A stretch of DNA of 64,000 bases from contig OZ059897.1 of NCBI GenBank assembly GCA_964057225.1, positions 10,354,001-10,418,000 of the forward strand. The letters are read 5' to 3'. Source of the stretch: Auanema rhodensis. Its lineage: Eukaryota > Animalia > Nematoda. The translations under genes were made by a program, and so were the position numbers. The notes under the pieces were generated by a model. The model saw only the letters and a program-made list of their open reading frames with translations. It did not search any database and was not told the DNA's origin. The stretch's first letter is position 1, and each line of letters starts with the position of its first letter. Positions 21,774-35,200 of this stretch are shown one piece after another.

Positions 21774-22468
21774 CAACAAGATAATGCTACGTTATTTAAA
21801 TTATTGTAACAAAATAACGATGAATTAAAAAAAAAAAAAAAAAAATTAATGCTAAATAACATTCAAAATAAAAATAGCATTTAATAGAGATTGAGAAAGG
21901 AAAAATAAGGCAAATTCTAAACGAGGAGATGTTATGACTAATGGTTCCAAGTTACCGTAATCCTATGCGGACTAGAGGACATTTTGACAACCATCCGAGC
22001 TCCATGTGCCTCTCCAAATAAGATGAGATGAACACTGGTAGGCGTATCAACCACAATTTCATCTTAAGTGGTAGTCTCCATTAGTAATCAAGGATTCACT
22101 CTGGGAGACATATGGAGACACATTATTAAATCATAATCTCGGTTCAATTTAGAAATGAGTACTTCTTGAGACCATTAGTCAAAATAATAACATATTCCCA
22201 TTCATTACTAGCCCCTTTATTCTACAATCTCTATTAGGAAATGCTTGAATATTAAGATAATTAATTTATGAAATTAATAATATTCTAATTCATCGTCCCT
22301 TCATATTATATTGAACCCTTCTTATAAATTATTGTAATTTTGTTTGTATACTAACTAAAACTCTATCATACTATAGTTATTGTGAAGCTAAAACAATTGA
22401 ACTCTAAAACTCAGTTACATATAAGCCCAAATTTTTGTTTAAAATATCGCGAGGTCGCGACAATCTTT

Positions 22469-22479
22469 GAAAAAGGGCA
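22469..22479 (+). promoter_or_regulatory. Short polypurine tract of B plus CA spacer
   Basis: GAAAAAGGG-CA immediately before the 3' LTR. Confidence 0.7.
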
Positions 22480-22845
22480 CGTTCCATTCGGAGACTCTAT
22501 ATATGTAACTGCAGGGTTAGAGCCAGACCGACTAGAGGAATGAGGAATGGCACCGCCTTCCCTCATGCCCCTATTCGGGAGTTCGCCCCTTTGCAAGCCC
22601 ATGGACGGTTTGCATCTAACTTAGTTAATCTTATATATTAGTCTTTGTCTTGTAAATGTAGTTTACTTTATCCTTGTGTTAATGTATTGTAATGATATTG
22701 TATTGTGTATAATAAACCTATATATTTCCTTATCTTATGTAATCCTTATGCTCTGTTTCCATACCGCTACACTTATGGAATACTATACGCGTAGTTGAGC
22801 AGACTACAATGGTCTGTTCAATATACGTAGGAGCATAATGGAACG
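22480..22845 (+). repeat. 3' LTR of element B (366 bp)
   Basis: Direct repeat of 10772-11137. Confidence 0.97.
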
Positions 22846-25800
22846 TTATTGCTTGCTTGTCATGTTAGATTTGTTTAATTTGAATACTTATTTAGGTTCG
22901 AACAATTTTCGATTAAATCACGTTCATTAAACTGTATTGTTTTCAAAAATAAAGACAAAATTCAATTTCTGTTCATTGAATTAGAATTTTCATGTTGTCA
23001 CACAGAAATTGAAGAATCTTAGTTCATTTCAGTAATAATGAACACACTAACTTTGTTAAGTTGTTGTAATATCGGCCCAAGTAGTATAGTGGTTAGTACT
23101 CCACGTTGTGGCCGTGGCGACACAGGTTCGATTCCTGTCTTGGGCATTTTTTGTTTTGAAATTTAAATGCTATAAAATTATTGCTTGCTTGTCATGTTAG
23201 ATTTGTTTAATTTGAATACTTATTTAGGTTCGAACAATTTTCGATTAAATCACGTTCATTAAACTGTATTGTTTTCAAAAATAAAGACAAAATTCAATTT
23301 CTGTTCATTGAATTAGAATTTTTATGTTGTCACACAGGAAATGAAGAATCTTAGTTCATTTCAGTAACAATGAACACAATAATTTTGTATAGTTTGTAAT
23401 ACCGGCCCAAGTAGTATAGTGGTTAGTACTCCACGTTGTGGCCGTGGCGACACAGGTTCGATTCCTGTCTTGGGCATTTTTTGTTTTGAAATTAAAAAGC
23501 TATAAACATATTGCTTGCTTGTCATGTTAGATTTGTTTAATTTAAATACTTATTTAAGTTCTAACAATTTTTGATTTAATCACGTTCAATTAACTGTATT
23601 GTTTTCAAAAATAAAGACATCCTTCAATTTCTGGTCATTGAATTAGAATTTTCATGTTGTCACACAGGAAATGAAGAATCTTAGTTCATTTCAGTAACAA
23701 TGAACACACTATTTTTGTTAAGTTGTTGTAATATCGGCCCAAGTAGTATAGTGGTTAGTACTCCACGTTGTGGCCGTGGCGACACAGGTTCGATTCCTGT
23801 CTTGGGCATTTTTTGTTTTGAAATTAAAATGCTATAAAATTATTGCTTGCTTGTCATGTTAGATTTGTTTAATTTGAATACTTATTTAGGTTCGAACAAT
23901 TTTCGATTAAATCACGTTCATTAAACTGTATTGTTTTTAAAAATAAAGACAAAATTCAATTTCTGTTCATTGAATTAGAATTTTCATGTTGTCACACAGA
24001 AATTGAAGAATCTTAGTTCATTTCAGTAATAATGAACACACTAACTTTGTTAAGTTGTTGTAATATCGGCCCAAGTAGTATAGTGGTTAGTACTCCACGT
24101 TGTGGCCGTGGCGACACAGGTTCGATTCCTGTCTTGGGCATTTTTTGTTTTGAAATTTAAATGCTATAAAATTATTGCTTGCTTGTCATGTTAGATTTGT
24201 TTAATTTGAATACTTATTTAGGTTCGAACAATTTTCGATTAAATCACGTTCATTAAACTGTATTGTTTTCAAAAATAAAGACAAAATTCAATTTCTGTTC
24301 ATTGAATTAGAATTTTTATGTTGTCACACAGGAAATGAAGAATCTTAGTTCATTTCAGTAACAATGAACACAATAATTTTGTATAGTTTGTAATACCGGC
24401 CCAAGTAGTATAGTGGTTAGTACTCCACGTTGTGGCCGTGGCGACACAGGTTCGATTCCTGTCTTGGGCATTTTTTGTTTTGAAATTAAAAAGCTATAAA
24501 CATATTGCTTGCTTGTCATGTTAGATTTGTTTAATTTAAATACTTATTTAAGTTCTAACAATTTTTGATTTAATCACGTTCAATTAACTGTATTGTTTTC
24601 AAAAATAAAGACATCCTTCAATTTCTGGTCATTGAATTAGAATTTTCATGTTGTCACACAGGAAATGAAGAATCTTAGTTCATTTCAGTAACAATGAACA
24701 CACTATTTTTGTTAAGTTGTTGTAATATCGGCCCAAGTAGTATAGTGGTTAGTACTCCACGTTGTGGCCGTGGCGACACAGGTTCGATTCCTGTCTTGGG
24801 CATTTTTTGTTTTGAAATTTAAATGCTATAAAATTATTGCTTGCTTGTCATGTTAGATTTGTTTAATTTAAATACTTATTTAAGTTCCAACAATTTTTGA
24901 TTTAATCACGTTCAATTAACTGTATTGTTCTCAAAAATAAAGACATCTTTCAATTTCTGGTCATTGAATTAGAATTTTCATGTTGTCACACAGAAATTGA
25001 AGAATCTTAGTTCATTTCAGTAACAATGAACACACTAACTTTGTTAAGTTGTTGTAATATCGGCCCAAGTAGTATAGTGGTTAGTACTCCACGTTGTGGC
25101 CGTGGCGACACAGGTTCGATTCCTGTCTTGGGCATTTTTTGTTTTGAAATTTAAATGCTATAAAATTATTGCTTGCTTGTCATGTTAGATTTGTTTAATT
25201 CAAATACTTATTTAAGTTCTAACAATTTCTGATTTAATCACGTTCAATTAACTGTATTGTTTTCAAAAATAAAGACAAAATTCAATTTCTGTTCATTGAA
25301 TTAGAATTTTTATGTTGTCACACAGGAAATGAAGAATCTTAGTTCATTTCAGTAACAATGAACACACTAATTTTGTTAAGTTGTTGTAATATCGGCTCAA
25401 GTAGTATAGTGGTTAGTACTCCACGTTGTGGCCGTGGCGACACAGGTTCGATTCCTGTCTTGGGCATTTTTTGTTTTGAAATTAAAATGCTATAAAATTA
25501 TTGCTTGCTTGTCATGTTAGATTTGTTTAATTTGAATACTTATTTAGGTTCGAACAATTTTCGATTAAATCTCGTTCATTAAACTGTATTGTTTTCAAAA
25601 ATAAAGACAAAATTCAATTTCTGTTCATTGAATTAGAATTTTCATGTTGTCACACAGAAATTGAAGAATCTTAGTTCATTTCAGTAATAATGAACACACT
25701 AACTTTGTTAAGTTGTTGTAATATCGGCCCAAGTAGTATAGTGGTTAGTACTCCACGTTGTGGCCGTGGCGACACAGGTTCGATTCCTGTCTTGGGCATT

Positions 25801-25914
25801 TTTTGTTTTGAAATTTAAATGCTATAAAATTATTGCTTGCTTGTCATGTTAGATTTGTTTAATTTGAATACTTATTTAGGTTCGAACAATTTTCGATTAA
25901 ATCACGTTCATTAA
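22846..25914 (+). repeat. tRNA-His(GTG) tandem array block 2 (~9 genes)
   Basis: First tRNA 23075-23146, last 25727-25798. Confidence 0.97.
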
Positions 25915-26251
25915 CGTTCCGTTATGCTCTCACGTCGATCCTATAGACCAATAAAGCCTACAAGATGAGTGTGATAGTATTCCAGATGTAGCGGTAGTTA
26001 AAGAGCATAATGGATAAACATAAGACTCGAGAAAGAAAGGTTTATTATGTCTACATGATTACAATAAGTTATATAAGTCTACATAAAGATATAAAGTGAA
26101 AGAGAGCTAAGAAAGGAAGACCAACCATCCATAGTCATTCCATAAGGCAAAGCTGAAGTCTGTGTTCCATATGAAGGGCGTGTCGTCCTCTCTCAGCCTC
26201 ATGTCGTCTGATTCTAACCCGCCTGCTACGTATTGATTTCCGAATGGAACG
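25915..26251 (-). repeat. 3' LTR of element C (337 bp)
   Basis: Direct repeat of 28890-29226 and reverse complement of the D LTR. Confidence 0.95.
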
Positions 26252-26974
26252 TGCCATTTTTTCGAGTTTATGTCGCGTCCCCGCGAATAGCAAAATATGT
26301 GGCTTGTTTCAATCGTAGCAGAAGGTTTAGTTTTAAAAATAAAAATTACAATGTTAACATAAAAATAGTAAAGATAAATTACAATATAATGTTAAACAAT
26401 AGTATCTGAAAAGAATTCAATAAAAATTATTTGAAAATACATGAATATTAAGTAATAAAACAATCTTTTAGAATACCAGGGCTATATTTTGTCAGCGAGA
26501 GTGCGCAAAATAGCTTTTTAGGCACGACGCTGCATGTCTAACTTGTTTGAGTATAGAGAAACGAGAGTCATGCTATATTATCGATGGAGCTAGCATGTTT
26601 CCTCAGCGTATTCAAAGCGAATTGTAATAATAAAAAAATGAAAATAAATTAAATCCCATATAATTTCCAAAATTGAATCATTAACTACTTGATAAGGACT
26701 GTTGCTCAGATGAATATGCAATATAATGTCTCTTATCTTTCATTTCTTCTTTATTTACGGGAAATTATTTGAAATTGATGTTTTTTTTTTTTTTTGAAAA
26801 ATTGAAGTATTATAATCATATATGCTTTGAAACTGAAGTGCTTTTTGATTATTAGCTTACATCTCGTCTTACTCAAGTTTTTCAATGATATAATAATATT
26901 AATAGCTCTGGTTTTTTAAAAGAGAGTTGATACAAAGTTTTACAATAATTTTATCAATCTCGAAATTATTTCTT

Positions 26975-27489
26975 TCATCGTCTTCTTCTTGGTGGTAGCC
27001 AATTTTGGTCCGATGGGTCTTCTGGTTCTGTTTCTTCAGTAGAGTCATAGTTATCGTTACCATTTATGACTTTTATGATCTCAATATCGCTGTCGTCGTC
27101 CGTGTCATAAGTCGTTGTATTTGATCGCAAAAGTTTGAGATTGTCTTTGTGTACGTTTTGAATTTTTCCAAATGGATTCTTGAGTTGTACCATGTTTCCT
27201 TCAACGTTGTTGACTTCTTAGCAGTAACTGGTGTTTGTTCTTCCATTGTGATGGATGTTTCTTCTCCTCCTGGTGGTACGTAATCCTCGTCGCTTAATCG
27301 TTCAGTAGGTGAATAAGTGCCTGCACGAGGAGTAAAGAATTTGTCGGTTTTGTGCTCGGCTTTCTGCTCGTCTTCGATTATAGCGATGCTCTGCGCGCGA
27401 GCTCGGCTTCTGGTGAGTGGAGCTGAGTCTCGCAGATCAAAATCAGTTCGTGTACTGAGAGGTACAGCTGATCGGAATCGCTTATCCAC
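26975..27489 (-). pseudogene. Remnant of the polyprotein gene: first ~92 codons fused out of frame to the integrase C-terminal tail
   Basis: ORF 27489-27073 matches the D N-terminus up to VTAKK. ORF 27193-26975 matches the D C-terminus (MVQLKNPFGK...WLPPRRR). Confidence 0.9.
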
Positions 27490-28876
27490 TTTGGTAGTGC
27501 TCTTGGTTTGGAAAAACCTTGAGTGTTTAGTAACGTGGGGGATTTTGAGACGTTAATGAGTGTTATGGATAAGGAGTTTTGGAAAAGGAATGAGAAAGCT
27601 GTGAGTAACTGGTTTGTATAGTCGGCGTTAAGGAATGAATCTAAGTTGTGGCCATCAACAGAGATCCGCCTAAATTTGGACTTTGTTCGCTCTCCAATTT
27701 AATATTCTTAAATGTATATAATTCAACCAGTTTGTATATGTTCAAAAATGTTCAGTGCTCACTTGATTGATGCCTGAGCAATCTCATTAGTCCTTATTCC
27801 CATTTTTTTTCTTTTTCTGACAACTCTGATCTTCTTGGACTCACGAGTGATCGAAAATGCCACGAAAATGGACTTTGGTAAATGTTCAAAGGATTTTAGC
27901 GGTTTTCATAATGTACATTCGTAATAGCATTACTCTTTTAAGGAAGCAATTTGGAAAACGAATGAGTACCGTAGTCCCATCATGATCAGAAATCTAGTTT
28001 TAAAATTATGGCTAGGAATAGATGACTAAAGATTACAATAACTATATTTAAAGAATTATGGTGTTTAGGAATGAGTCTTATGCTTCAAAACAACAATAAC
28101 GGTATGAGGAAGGTGACATATAGTAAGGGGAGAAAATCCAAACTGATATGCTTAAGCCAACACGACCTGATAGACAATCACTAATAATAATTCAGTTCGT
28201 AAAATTGTACAGGATTTTTCGGACTATAGCGATCTTAAAATTCACTTTTCATAATATTCCTCCCATTTAGGTGAGGTTTCCCGTGTAAATTCAATGCGTT
28301 ATCAAATTATTTTTGGATGTTAATGGCAAAAAGTTGTCTGAACAGAAATGTAACGCAAAATAAAATAGTCCTGATCGCAAAATATGAAATAATCTCAATT
28401 TGGTGCGCAAAATTGTTTCATCCACAAAAAACAAAGAAATAACCGTGGCTATTCTTTCCTCGAAGCCAAAATCAATCCTTAAAAGAAGAAAGTGTGGGCA
28501 TAAATCTCAAAAAAAAATTATCCTTGGGTGAATTTGTTCACTAATTCATCCTAGGGTCCTCAAAAATGCTTCGAGTTCGGGTAACAGAGTATTCGATGTT
28601 AACAGCAAGGATATAAAAATTGTTGGGTTCAGACAGACAGAAAATTGTGAACAAACGGGAAAACGTAACTTCAGTTTCAAAAAATATAAAATATCCATCT
28701 CCAAAAGGAGTGGTCCTTGCATCCGTTCCCTTTTAAACGTTGTTGGCCCCACCGTATTGTGTTAAGACATGGAGTAGATGGTTTAGAGATATAAGAGAAT
28801 TCAGATTCAATGAATTGTATTGAAAATAAAGAAATATAAGAGAAAATAGTCAAGAAATCAAGATAAAAATGTTCGA

Positions 28877-28889
28877 GGTGGAACCTCCA
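28877..28889 (-). promoter_or_regulatory. Primer-binding site of C (tRNA-Gln)
   Basis: TGGAGGTTCCACC on the minus strand abutting the LTR. Confidence 0.85.
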
Positions 28890-29226
28890 CGTTCCGTTAT
28901 GCTCTCACGTCGATCCTATAGACCAATAAAGCCTACAAGATGAGTGTGATAGTATTCCAGATGTAGCGGTAGTTAAAGAGCATAATGGATAAACATAAGA
29001 CTCGAGAAAGAAAGGTTTATTATGTCTACATGATTACAATAAGTTATATAAGTCTACATAAAGATATAAAGTGAAAGAGAGCTAAGAAAGGAAGACCAAC
29101 CATCCATAGTCATTCCATAAGGCAAAGCTGAAGTCTGTGTTCCATATGAAGGGCGTGTCGTCCTCTCTCAGCCTCATGTCGTCTGATTCTAACCCGCCTG
29201 CTACGTATTGATTTCCGAATGGAACG
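28890..29226 (-). repeat. 5' LTR of element C (337 bp)
   Basis: CGTTCC...GGAACG on the minus strand, followed by the PBS. Confidence 0.95.
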
Positions 29227-32200
29227 TTAAACTGTATTGTTTTCAAAAATAAAGACAAAATTCAATTTCTGTTCATTGAATTAGAATTTTTATGTTGTCA
29301 CACAGGAAATGAAGAATCTTAGTTCATTTCAGTAACAATGAACACACTAACTTTGTTAAGTTGTTGTAATATCGGCCCAAGTAGTATAGTGGTTAGTACT
29401 CCACGTTGTGGCCGTGGCGACACAGGTTCGATTCCTGTCTTGGGCATTTTTTGTTTTGAAATTTAAATGCTGTAAAATTATTGCTTGCTTGTCATGTTAG
29501 ATTTGTTTAATTCAAATACTTATTTAAGTTCTAACAATTTTTGATTTAATCACGTTCAATTAACTGTATTGTTTTCAAAAATAAAGACATCCTTCAATTT
29601 CTGGTCATTGAATTAGAATTTTCATGTTGTCACACAGGAAATGAAGAATCTTAGTTCATTTCAGTAACAATGAACACAATTATTTTGTATAGTTTGTAAT
29701 ACAGGCCCAAGTAGTATAGTGGTTAGTACTCCACGTTGTGGCCGTGGCGACACAGGTTCGATTCCTGTCTTGGGCATTTTTTGTTTTGAAATTTAAATGC
29801 TATGAAATTATTGCTTGCTTGTCATGTTAGATTTGTTTAATTTAAATACTTATTTAAGTTCTAACAATTTTTGATTAAATCACGTTCAATTAACTGTATT
29901 GTTTTTAAAAATAAAGACAAAATTCAATTTCTGGTCATTGAATTAGAATTTTCATGTTGTCACACAGAAATTGAAGAATCTTAGTTCATTTCAGTAACAA
30001 TGAACACACTAACTTTGTTAAGTTGTTGTAATATCGGCCCAAGTAGTATAGTGGTTAGTACTCCACGTTGTGGCCGTGGCGACACAGGTTCGATTCCTGT
30101 CTTGGGCAATTTTTGTTTTGAAATTAAAATGCTATAAAATTATTGCTTGCTTGTCATGCTAGATTTGTTTAATTTAAATACTTATTAAAGTTCCAACAAT
30201 TTTCGATTAAATCACATTCAATTAACTGTATTGTTTTCAAAAATAAAGACAAAATTCAACTTCTGTTCATTGAATTAGAATTTTCATGTTGTCACACAGA
30301 AATTGAAGATTCTTAGTTCATTTCAGTAACAATGAACACACTAACTTTGTTAAGTTGTTGTAATATCGGCCCAAGTAGTATAGTGGTTAGTACTCCACGT
30401 TGTGGCCGTGGCGACACAGGTTCGATTCCTGTCTTGGGCATTTTTTGTTTTGAAATTTAAATGCTATAAAATTATTGCTTGCTTGTCATGTTAGATTTGT
30501 TTAATTCAAATACTTATTTAAGTTCTAACAATTTTTGATTTAATTACGTTCAATTAACTGTATTGTTTTCAAAAATAAAGACATCTTTCAATTTCTGGTC
30601 ATTGAATTAGAATTTTCATGTTGTCACACAGGAAATGAAGAATCTTAGTTCATTTCAGTAACAATGAACACAATAATTTGGTTTAGTTTGTAATACCGGC
30701 CCAAGTAGTATAGTGGTTAGTACTCCACGTTGTGGCCGTGGCGACACAGGTTCGATTCCTGTCTTGGGCATTTTTTGTTTTGAAATTTAAATGCTATAAA
30801 ATTATTGCTTGCTTGTCATGTTAGATTTGTTTAATTTGAATACTTATTTAGGTTCGAACAATTTTCGATTAAATCACGTTCATTAAACTGTATTGTTTTC
30901 AAAAATAAAGACAAAATTCAATTTCTGTTCATTGAATTAGAATTTTCATGTTGTCACACAGAAATTGAAGAATCTTAGTTCATTTCAGTAACAATGAACA
31001 CACTAACTTTGTTAAGTTGTTGTAATATCGGCCCAAGTAGTATAGTGGTTAGTACTCCACGTTGTGGCCGTGGCGACACAGGTTCGATTCCTGTCTTGGG
31101 CATTTTTTGTTTTGAAATTTAAATGCTGTAAAATTATTGCTTGCTTGTCATGTTAGATTTGTTTAATTCAAATACTTATTTAAGTTCTAACAATTTTTGA
31201 TTTAATCACGTTCAATTAACTGTATTGTTTTCAAAAATAAAGACAAAATTCAATTTCTGTTCATTGAATTAGAATTTTTATGTTGTCACACAGGAAATGA
31301 AGAATCTTAGTTCATTTCAGTAACAATGAACACAATAATTTTGTATAGTTTGTAATACCGGCCCAAGTAGTATAGTGGTTAGTACTCCACGTTGTGGCCG
31401 TGGCGACACAGGTTCGATTCCTGTCTTGGGCATTTTTTGTTTTGAAATTAAAAAGGTATAAACATATTGCTTGCTTGTCATGTTAGATTTGTTTAATTTA
31501 AATACTTATTTAAGTTCTAACAATTTTTGATTTAATCACGTTCAATTAACTGTATTGTTTTCAAAAATAAAGACATCCTTCAATTTCTGGTCATTGAATT
31601 AGAATTTTCATGTTGTCACACAGGAAATGAAGAATCTTAGTTCATTTCAGTAACAATGAACACACTATTTTTGTTAAGTTGTTGTAATATCGGCCCAAGT
31701 AGTATAGTGGTTAGTACTCCACGTTGTGGCCGTGGCGACACAGGTTCGATTCCTGTCTTGGGCATTTTTTGTTTTGAAATTTAAATGCTATGAAATTATT
31801 GCTTGCTTGTCATGTTAGATTTGTTTAATTTAAATACTTATTTAAGTTCCAACAATTTTCGATTAAATCACGTTCAATTAACTGTATTGTTTTTAAAAAT
31901 AAAGACAAAATTCAATTTCTGGTCATTGAATTAGAATTTTCATGTTGTCACACAGAAATTGAAGAATCTTAGTTCATTTCAGTAACAATGAACACACTAA
32001 CTTTGTTAAGTTGTTGTAATATCGGCCCAAGTAGTATAGTGGTTAGTACTCCACGTTGTGGCCGTGGCGACACAGGTTCGATTCCTGTCTTGGGCATTTT
32101 TTGTTTTGAAATTTAAATGCTATAAAGTTATTGCTTGCTTGTCATGTTAGATTTGTTTAATTCAAATACTTATTTAAGTTCTAACAATTTCTGATTTAAT

Positions 32201-35200
32201 CACGTTCAATTAACTGTATTGTTTTCAAAAATAAAGACAAAATTCAATTTCTGTTCATTGAATTAGAATTGTTATGTTGTCACACAGGAAATGAAGAATC
32301 TTAGTTCATTTCAGTAACAATGAACACACTAATTTTGTTAAGTTGTTGTAATATCGGCTCAAGTAGTATAGTGGTTAGTACTCCACGTTGTGGCCGTGGC
32401 GACACAGGTTCGATTCCTGTCTTGGGCAATTTTTGTTTTGAAATTAAAATGCTATAAAATTATTGCTTGCTTGTCATGTTAGATTTGTTTAATTTAAATA
32501 CTTATTAAAGTTCCAACAATTTTCGATTAAATCACATTCAATTAACTGTATTGTTTTCAAAAATAAAGACAAAATTCAACTTCTGTTCATTGAATTAGAA
32601 TTTTCATGTTGTCACACAGAAATTGAAGATTCTTAGTTCATTTCAGTAACAATGAACACACTAACTTTGTTAAGTTGTTGTAATATCGGCCCAAGTAGTA
32701 TAGTGGTTAGTACTTCACGTTGTGGCCGTGGCGACACAGGTTCGATTCCTGTCTTGGGCATTTTTTGTTTTGAAATTTAAATGCTATAAAATTATTGCTT
32801 GCTTGTCATGTTAGATTTGTTTAATTCAAATACTTATTTAAGTTCTAACAATTTTTGATTTAATTACGTTCAATTAACTGTATTGTTTTCAAAAATAAAG
32901 ACAAAATTCAATTTCTGTTCATTGAATTAGAATTTTTATGTTGTCACACAGGAAATGAAGAATCTTAGTTCATTTCAGTAACAAGGAACACAATAACTTT
33001 GTTTAGTTTGTAATACCGGCCCAAGTAGTATAGTGGTTAGTACTCCACGTTGTGGCCGTGGCGACACAGGTTCGATTCCTGTCTTGAGCAATTTTTGTTT
33101 TGAAATTAAAATGCTATAAAATTATTGCTTGCTTGTCATGTTAGATTTGTTTAATTTAAATACTTATTAAAGTTCCAACAATTTTCGATTAAATCACATT
33201 CAATTAACTGTATTGTTTTCAAAAATAAAGACAAAATTCAATTTCTGGTCATTGAATTAGAATTTTCATGTTGTCACACAGGAAATGAAGAATCTTAGTT
33301 CATTTCAGTAACAATGAACACAATAATTTGGTTTAGTTTGTAATACCGGCCCAAGTAGTATAGTGGTTAGTACTCCACGTTGTGGCCGTGGCGACACAGG
33401 TTCGATTCCTGTCTTGGGCATTTTTTGTTTTGAAATTTAAATGCTATAAAATTATTGCTTGCTTGTCATGTTAGATTTGTTTAATTTGAATACTTATTTA
33501 GGTTCGAACAATTTTCGATTAAATCACGTTCATTAAACTGTATTGTTTTCAAAAATAAAGACAAAATTCAATTTCTGTTCATTGAATTAGAATTTTCATG
33601 TTGTCACACAGAAATTGAAGAATCTTAGTTCATTTCAGTAACAATGAACACACTAACTTTGTTAAGTTGTTGTAATATCGGCCCAAGTAGTATAGTGGTT
33701 AGTACTCCACGTTGTGGCCGTGGCGACACAGGTTCGATTCCTGTCTTGGGCATTTTTTGTTTTGAAATTTAAATGCTATGAAATTATTGCTTGCTTGTCA
33801 TGTTAGATTTGTTTAATTTAAATACTTATTTAAGTTCCAACAATTTTCGATTAAATCACGTTCAATTAACTGTATTGTTTTCAAAAATAAAGACAAAATT
33901 CAATTTCTGTTCATTGAATTAGAATTTTTATGTTGTCACACAGGAAATGAAGAATCTTAGTTCATTTCAGTAACAATGAACACAATAACTTTGTTTAGTT
34001 TGTAATACCGGCCCAAGTAGTATAGTGGTTAGTACTCCACGTTGTGGCCGTGGCGACACAGGTTCGATTCCTGTCTTGGGCATTTTTTATTTTGAAATTA
34101 AAATGCTATAAAATTATTGCTTGCTTGTCATGTTAGATTTGTTTAATTCAAATACTTATTTAAGTTCTAACAATTTTTGATTAAATCACGTTCATTAAAC
34201 TGTATTGTTTTCAAAAATAAAGACATCTTTCAATTTCTGGTCATTGAATTAGAATTTTCATGTTGTCACACAGAAATTGAAGAATCTTAGTTCATTTTAG
34301 TAACAATGAACACACTAACTTTGTTAAGTTGTTGTAATATCGGCCCAAGTAGTATAGTGGTTAGTACTCCACGTTGTGGCCGTGGCGACACAGGTTCGAT
34401 TCTTGTCTTGGGCATTTTTTGTTTTGAAATTAAAATGCTATAAAATTATTGCTTGCTTGTCATGTTAGATTTTTTTAATTTGAATACTTATTTAGGTTCG
34501 AACAATTTTCGATTAAATCACGTTCATTAAACTGTATTGTTTTCAAAAATAAAGACAAAATTCAATTTCTGTTCATTGAATTAGAATTTTCATGTTGTCA
34601 CACAGAAATTGAAGAATCTTAGTTCATTTCAGTAACAATGAACACACTAACTTTGTTAAGTTGTTGTAATATCGGCCCAAGTAGTATAGTGGTTAGTACT
34701 CCACGTTGTGGCCGTGTCGACACAGGTTCGATTCCTGTCTTGGGCATTTTTTGTTTTGAAATTTAAATGCTATGAAATTATTGCTTGCTTGTCATGTTAG
34801 ATTTGTTTAATTTAAATACTTATTTAAGTTCCAACAATTTTCGATTAAATCACGTTCAATTAACTGTATTGTTTTCAAAAATAAAGACAAAATTCAATTT
34901 CTGTTCATTGAATTAGAATTTTTATGTTGTCACACAGGAAATGAAGAATCTTAGTTCATTTCAGTAACAATGAACACAATAACTTTGTTTAGTTTGTAAT
35001 ACCGGCCCAAGTAGTATAGTGGTTAGTACTCCACGTTGTGGCCGTGGCGACACAGGTTCGATTCCTGTCTTGGGCATTTTTTATTTTGAAATTAAAATGC
35101 TATAAAATTATTGCTTGCTTGTCATGTTAGATTTGTTTAATTCAAATACTTATTTAAGTTCTAACAATTTTTGATTAAATCACGTTCATTAAACTGTATT

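Larger units (their letters stand above)
10772..22845 (+). mobile_element. Full-length LTR retrotransposon/endogenous virus B (Ty3/Gypsy pol order, gag-env-pol single ORF), 12,074 bp, TSD TTAT
   Basis: Two 366-bp LTRs that look identical by eye. TSD TTAT at 10768-10771 and 22846-22849 restores the array spacer. PBS, PPT and an intact 2901-aa ORF are present. Confidence 0.97.
25915..29226 (-). mobile_element. Non-autonomous, internally deleted element C (D family), 3,312 bp, TSD TTAA
   Basis: 337-bp LTRs at 25915-26251 and 28890-29226, TSD TTAA at 25911-25914 and 29227-29230. Leader and 3' UTR are nearly identical to D, but about 8.1 kb of the ORF is missing. Confidence 0.96.

Noticed and set aside
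21940-21953. 14-nt match AATGGTTCCAAGTT between the B 3' UTR and the A LTR (~3094-3107)
   Set aside because: Short, in opposite element orientation and without flanking similarity, so probably chance.
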